DNA of 64,000 nucleotides from NCBI RefSeq assembly GCF_058153355.1, contig NZ_CM177019.1; one strand, 5' to 3'. Shown piece by piece: positions 58,199 to 64,000 of this stretch (position 1 is its first letter; each line of letters starts with the position of its first letter). The notes under the pieces were generated by a model. It saw only the letters and a program-made list of their open reading frames with translations, ran no database searches and was not told where the DNA came from. The position numbers and the translations under genes were made by a program.

Positions 58199-59167
58199 TT
58201 ACTTCTGATTCAGGCTGCCAGAGAGGATGCAGAATACCCCCATCAGGTCAGCGTGACGGATGGTGACTTCCGTTTTTTCATTCACTTTTGGCTTGGCATG
58301 GTAGGCAATCCCCAGCCCTGCCGCTTTGATCATCGGCAGGTCGTTGGCACCATCGCCAATCGCCACGGTTTGCGCCAGCGGGATTTCATACTCCTGCGCC
58401 AGGCGGGTCAGGGTTTTCGCTTTATACTGAGCGTCTACAATGTCGCCAATCACATTACCGGTAAATTTACCGTCCATGATCTCCAGTTCATTGGCTACTA
58501 CGGCGGTCAGGCGCAGCTTATCGCGCAGATATTCAGCAAAGAAAGTAAAGCCGCCGGAGGCAATCGCCACTTTCCAGCCCAGCGTTTCCAGCTTGAGTAC
58601 CAGTTGCGTTAAGCCTGGCATCAGCGGCAGATTTTCACGCACCTGTTGCAGAATATTGGCGTCAGCGCCTTTCAGCGTCGCCACGCGGCTGCGCAGGCTG
58701 GCGGTAAAATCGAGTTCGCCGCGCATCGCCCGCTCGGTTACTTCCGCCACCATCTCGCCGGTTCCGGCCAGTTTGGCAATTTCATCGATACATTCAATCT
58801 GGATGGCGGTGGAGTCCATGTCCATCACCAGCAAACCCGGCGTGCGCAGGTGCGGGATTTTCCCCAGCGGCGCGACATCCAGCTGCGCTTCGTGGGCCAG
58901 GCGCGTAGCCCGGGCGGTAAGCGAACCTGCCAGACGAATCACCTGATAATCTTCCACGCACCAGGCGGCAACAATCACCATCGCTGCGCCCAGTTTGCTC
59001 TGGTACTGAGTCAGACGTTGTTTATCCAGCCCACGACCATACAGCAGCCAGCCGCTACGACCTGCGTGGTAATCCAGTGGCATCACTTCATCACCACTTA
59101 ATGAAAGAGGCAGACCAGGCCATAAAGAGACATCTTCAGGCAGGTCGCACCAGGTAATGTTAGGCAT
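58199..59167 (-). CDS. serB: phosphoserine phosphatase
   Basis: Track ORF 58199..59305 trimmed to MPNITWCDLPEDVSLWPGLPLSLSGDEVMPLDYHAGRSGW... (322 aa); HAD motif LLVMDMDST visible. Confidence 0.93.
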   Translation of the reverse strand: MPNITWCDLPEDVSLWPGLPLSLSGDEVMPLDYHAGRSGWLLYGRGLDKQRLTQYQSKLGAAMVIVAAWCVEDYQVIRLAGSLTARATRLAHEAQLDVAPLGKIPHLRTPGLLVMDMDSTAIQIECIDEIAKLAGTGEMVAEVTERAMRGELDFTASLRSRVATLKGADANILQQVRENLPLMPGLTQLVLKLETLGWKVAIASGGFTFFAEYLRDKLRLTAVVANELEIMDGKFTGNVIGDIVDAQYKAKTLTRLAQEYEIPLAQTVAIGDGANDLPMIKAAGLGIAYHAKPKVNEKTEVTIRHADLMGVFCILSGSLNQK

Positions 59168-59272
59168 TAAGGCTCCTGTAAAATCGTTCGAAGCAGGGAA
59201 AATAACGCATGAGGCTACCTTGTATCCATTGCTTCTGGCAACATTAAGTCTCAAATTTTCAAAGGGTGGAAG

Positions 59273-59917
59273 ATGGCTCGCACAAAACTGAAATTCCGGC
59301 TGCATCGGGCAGTGATTGTCCTGTTCTGTCTTGCCTTGTTAGTGGCGCTGATGCAGGGGGCATCATGGTTTAGTCAAAACCACCAGCGACAGCGTAATCC
59401 ACAGCTGGAAGAACTGGCCCGCACCCTGGCGCGTCAGGTGACGCTGAACGTTGCACCGCTGATGCGTACCGACTCGCCGGATGAAAAACGTATTCAGGCG
59501 ATCCTCGATCAGTTAACGGATGAAAGCCGCATCCTCGACGCGGGCGTGTATGACGAACAAGGCGATCTTATCGCCCGTTCTGGCGAAAGCGTCGAAGTGC
59601 GTGACCGGCTGGCGCTCGACGGTAAAAAAGCGGGCGGCTATTTTAACCAGCAGATTGTCGAACCCATTGCAGGGAAAAATGGTCCGCTTGGCTATCTGCG
59701 CCTGACGCTCGACACCCATACGCTCGCCACTGAAGCCCAACAGGTGGATAACACCACTAACATTTTACGCCTGATGTTGTTGCTCTCGCTGGCAATCGGC
59801 GTAGTGCTGACCCGCACGCTGCTACAGGGTAAACGCACCCGCTGGCAGCAATCCCCCTTCCTGTTAACCGCCAGCAAACCGGTGCCGGAAGAGGAAGAAA
59901 GCGAGAAAAAAGAGTGA
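59273..59917 (+). CDS. ytjB: inner-membrane protein YtjB (Smp)
   Basis: 214 aa, MARTKLKFRLHRAVIVLFCLALLVALMQGASWFSQNHQRQ... Confidence 0.88.
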   Translation: MARTKLKFRLHRAVIVLFCLALLVALMQGASWFSQNHQRQRNPQLEELARTLARQVTLNVAPLMRTDSPDEKRIQAILDQLTDESRILDAGVYDEQGDLIARSGESVEVRDRLALDGKKAGGYFNQQIVEPIAGKNGPLGYLRLTLDTHTLATEAQQVDNTTNILRLMLLLSLAIGVVLTRTLLQGKRTRWQQSPFLLTASKPVPEEEESEKKE

Positions 59918-59944
59918 CCCATTACTACAAGAAAGGAAATCGTT

Positions 59945-60961
59945 ATGTCCACATTACGCCTGCTCATCTCTGACTCTTACGACCCGTGGTTTAACCTGGC
60001 GGTAGAGGAGTGTATTTTTCGCCAGATGCCCGCCACGCAGCGCGTTTTGTTTCTCTGGCGCAATGCCGACACGGTAGTGATTGGTCGCGCGCAGAACCCG
60101 TGGAAAGAGTGTAATACCCGGCGGATGGAAGAAGATAACGTTCGCCTGGCACGGCGCAGTAGCGGTGGCGGCGCGGTGTTCCACGATCTTGGCAATACCT
60201 GTTTTACCTTCATGGCTGGCAAGCCGGAATACGATAAAACGATCTCCACCTCGATTGTGCTCAATGCACTGAACGCGCTCGGTGTCAGCGCCGAAGCGTC
60301 CGGACGTAACGATTTGGTGGTGAAAACCGCCGAAGGCGACCGTAAAGTCTCAGGCTCGGCCTATCGCGAAACCAAAGATCGTGGCTTCCATCACGGCACC
60401 TTGCTACTCAATGCCGACCTTAGCCGCCTGGCAAACTATCTCAACCCGGATAAAAAGAAACTGGCGGCGAAAGGCATTACGTCGGTACGTTCCCGCGTGA
60501 CCAATCTGACCGAATTGCTGCCGGGAATTACCCATGAGCAGGTTTGCGAAGCCATAACCGAGGCCTTTTTCGCCCATTATGGCGAGCGTGTAGAAGCGGA
60601 AATTATCTCCCCGGACAAAACGCCGGACTTGCCGAACTTCGCCGAAACCTTTGCCCGCCAGAGTAGCTGGGAATGGAATTTCGGACAGGCTCCAGCGTTC
60701 TCGCATCTGCTGGATGAACGCTTTACCTGGGGCGGCGTAGAACTGCATTTCGACGTCGAAAAAGGCCATATCACCCGCGCCCAGGTGTTTACCGATAGCC
60801 TCAACCCCGCACCTCTGGAAGCCCTCGCCGGACGACTGCAAGGCTGCCTGTACCGCGCGGATATGCTGCAACAAGAGTGTGAAGCGCTGTTGGTTGACTT
60901 CCCTGAACAGGAAAAAGAGCTACGGGAATTATCGGCGTGGATGGCAGGGGCGGTGCGGTAA
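59945..60961 (+). CDS. lplA: lipoate-protein ligase A
   Basis: 338 aa, [57 protein letters not shown]... Confidence 0.95.
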   Translation: MSTLRLLISDSYDPWFNLAVEECIFRQMPATQRVLFLWRNADTVVIGRAQNPWKECNTRRMEEDNVRLARRSSGGGAVFHDLGNTCFTFMAGKPEYDKTISTSIVLNALNALGVSAEASGRNDLVVKTAEGDRKVSGSAYRETKDRGFHHGTLLLNADLSRLANYLNPDKKKLAAKGITSVRSRVTNLTELLPGITHEQVCEAITEAFFAHYGERVEAEIISPDKTPDLPNFAETFARQSSWEWNFGQAPAFSHLLDERFTWGGVELHFDVEKGHITRAQVFTDSLNPAPLEALAGRLQGCLYRADMLQQECEALLVDFPEQEKELRELSAWMAGAVR

Positions 60962-60993
60962 CTCGCTGATTAAAATATCCAGGGAAGGAAATA

Positions 60994-61256
60994 TGATCGA
61001 TCTGAAGAACCAGGAACGGGAGATTATCAATTTAATGTTCAGCCAGGGTATATCCTGGCTAACCGCCGTGCGTATCAGGCATAAACTATCACTTGCTGAA
61101 GTTAGTAAAATGTTGGGTATCTCGATTAATTCTCTAAAACAAATCGAAAAGACGGAACGGCTTAGTTCAAACATCAAAAACAAAATGGCAGGAATTTATG
61201 GTTGTCCGCCAGAGTTGCTGATATGCCCTTACTGGATGACGGCTGAACATAAATGA
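60994..61256 (+). CDS. small XRE-family helix-turn-helix protein (hypothetical), occupying the position where K-12 has yjjJ
   Basis: 87 codons from MIDLKNQEREIINLM...; LSLAEVSKMLGISINSLKQIEKTE is a typical XRE/Cro-type HTH. Track ORF 60879..61256 is the longer in-frame version. No adjacent toxin-like partner is visible. Confidence 0.45.
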
Positions 61257-61354
61257 ATAGATTCGTGAATAGATACTCGAATGGATTTAATTTTCTATCC
61301 ATATGAAAAATAATAGTAAATCTATAAATCAGTCGCTATTGATGAATAGATACT

Positions 61355-61390
61355 AAAAAGCCGGAGCGGTCTCCCGCTCCGGCTTCACAC
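61355..61390. terminator. bidirectional rho-independent terminator downstream of deoD
   Basis: aaaaagccggagcgg-tctc-ccgctccggcttc hairpin with A-run upstream and T-rich tail on the minus strand. Confidence 0.8.
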
Positions 61391-61416
61391 GACAATCGCC
61401 TTTCAGCGAAACACAA

Positions 61417-62136
61417 TTACTCTTTATCGCCCAGCAGAACGGATTCCAGTGCGATTTTGATCATGTCGTTGAAGGTAGTCTGACGCTCAGCGGCAGTGGT
61501 TTGCTCGTGAGTGCGGATGTGGTCAGACACGGTGCAGATGGTCAGGGCTTTCGCGCCAAACTCTGCAGCCACGCCGTAGATACCAGCCGCTTCCATTTCC
61601 ACGCCGAGGATGCCGTATTTTTCCATCACGTCGAACATTTCGCCGTCCGGAGAGTAGAACAGGTCAGCGGAGAACAGGTTACCAACGCGAGCATCAATGC
61701 CCAGTGCTTTAGCTGCATCTACTGCGTTACGCACCATGTCGAAGTCAGCGATAGCGGCAAAGTCATGGTCTTTAAAACGGATGCGGTTAACTTTGGAATC
61801 GGTGCAGGCACCCATACCAATCACTACGTCACGCAGTTTTACGTGCGGCAGAACTGCACCACAGGAACCAACGCGAATGATTTTCTTCACGCCGAAATCG
61901 GTGATCAGTTCTTTAGTGTAGATGGAGCAGGACGGGATACCCATACCGTGGCCCATTACAGAAATTTTGCGGCCTTTGTAAGTACCGGTGAAGCCCAGCA
62001 TACCGCGAACGTTGTTCACTTCACGAGCATCTTCAAGGAAAGTTTCAGCAATATACTTCGCACGCAGCGGGTCGCCTGGCATCAAAACTACGTCAGCGAA
62101 ATCGCCCATTTCTGCATTAATGTGTGGAGTAGCCAT
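61417..62136 (-). CDS. deoD: purine nucleoside phosphorylase DeoD
   Basis: Track ORF 61417..62193 trimmed to [56 protein letters not shown]... (239 aa). Confidence 0.95.
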
Positions 62137-62192
62137 CATTTTATCCTTTTTGTGACATATTAAAGGCGGAGTCACTGCTCCGCCCAAATCCA

Positions 62193-63437
<1,245 letters not shown>

Positions 63438-63467
63438 TCAAATTTAAATGATCAGATCAGTATACCG

Positions 63468-64000
63468 TTATTCGCTGATACGGCGATAGACAGTTGGTGT
63501 GCTTTCCGGTGCTTTATCGGCAAGTTTAATTGCCGCTTTCACCGCTTTCGCCGCTTCCTGCCAGCTGTTTTCGTCTTTCGCGTGGATAACCGCCAGCGGA
63601 CGCTGACCGTCGACCTGGTCGCCCAGACGCGCCATATCAGTAAAGCCGACGCTGTAATCGATGGTGTCAGATGCCTGACGGCGACCGCCGCCCATTGCAA
63701 CCACTGCCATTCCCAGCGCGCGGGTATCCATTTCACTGACAAAACCTTCGGTATCAGCATAGACTGCTTTCGTCAGCATCGCTGTCGGCAGATACTTCGC
63801 GTAGTTCTCAACGAAGTCGGTCGGGCCTTTTTGTGCCGCTACCATACGACCAAAGACTTCTGCCGCTTTACCGTTGTCCAGTACCGCCTGCAATTTCGCG
63901 CGCGCTTCGGCGTCATCTTTCGCCAGTTTGCCGGAGGTAAGCATCTCCACACACAGCGCCATCGTGACATCAAACAGACGCGGGTTACGGTACTCACCTG
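63468..64000 (-). CDS. deoA: thymidine phosphorylase, C-terminal part (5' end lies beyond window end)
   Basis: Minus-strand frame ends ...[22 protein letters not shown] at 63468 and remains open to the window edge; matches the DeoA C-terminus upstream of deoB in the deoCABD operon. Confidence 0.9.

Overview
This 64-kb window is an Escherichia coli-type chromosomal segment, reverse-complemented relative to the K-12 map and spanning the map origin. The conserved backbone runs carB/carA, dapB, rihC, ispH-fkpB-lspA-ileS-ribF, rpsT, nhaR-nhaA, hokC/mokC, dnaJ-dnaK, yaaI, yaaW, satP, mog, talB, yaaJ, yaaA, yaaX, thrCBA-thrL, lasT, yjjY, arcA, creDCBA, rob, gpmB, yjjX, trpR, slt, ettA, nadR, radA, serB, ytjB, lplA, deoD-deoB-deoA. 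Gene calls rest on reading the supplied translations and recognising the proteins from memory; no database search or computation was run, and start codons were trimmed to the recognised N-termini. Four accessory segments interrupt the backbone. (1) An AT-rich ~6-kb island between rpsT and nhaR carries a 490-aa protein with a pentapeptide-repeat-like block (EspX-like candidate) and a decayed chaperone-usher fimbrial operon. (2) A ~5.7-kb insert between nhaA and the hokC/sokC locus carries an IS110-family (IS1111-like) element, a 426-aa double zinc-ribbon protein, a Ser-type sulfatase and a Tsx-like outer-membrane channel, and it abuts a perfect 208-bp tandem duplication of the nhaA 5' end and promoter. 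(3) An IS621-like IS110-family element sits in a REP/BIME between yaaA and yaaX, with CT core dinucleotides at both junctions and room for a bridge RNA upstream of the recombinase. (4) yjjJ is absent between lplA and deoD; a small XRE-type HTH ORF and 12-bp direct repeats occupy the gap. The most interesting candidate for an undescribed system is the OMP-sulfatase-zinc-ribbon module, but its function is inference only. No CRISPR array, rRNA or tRNA was seen.
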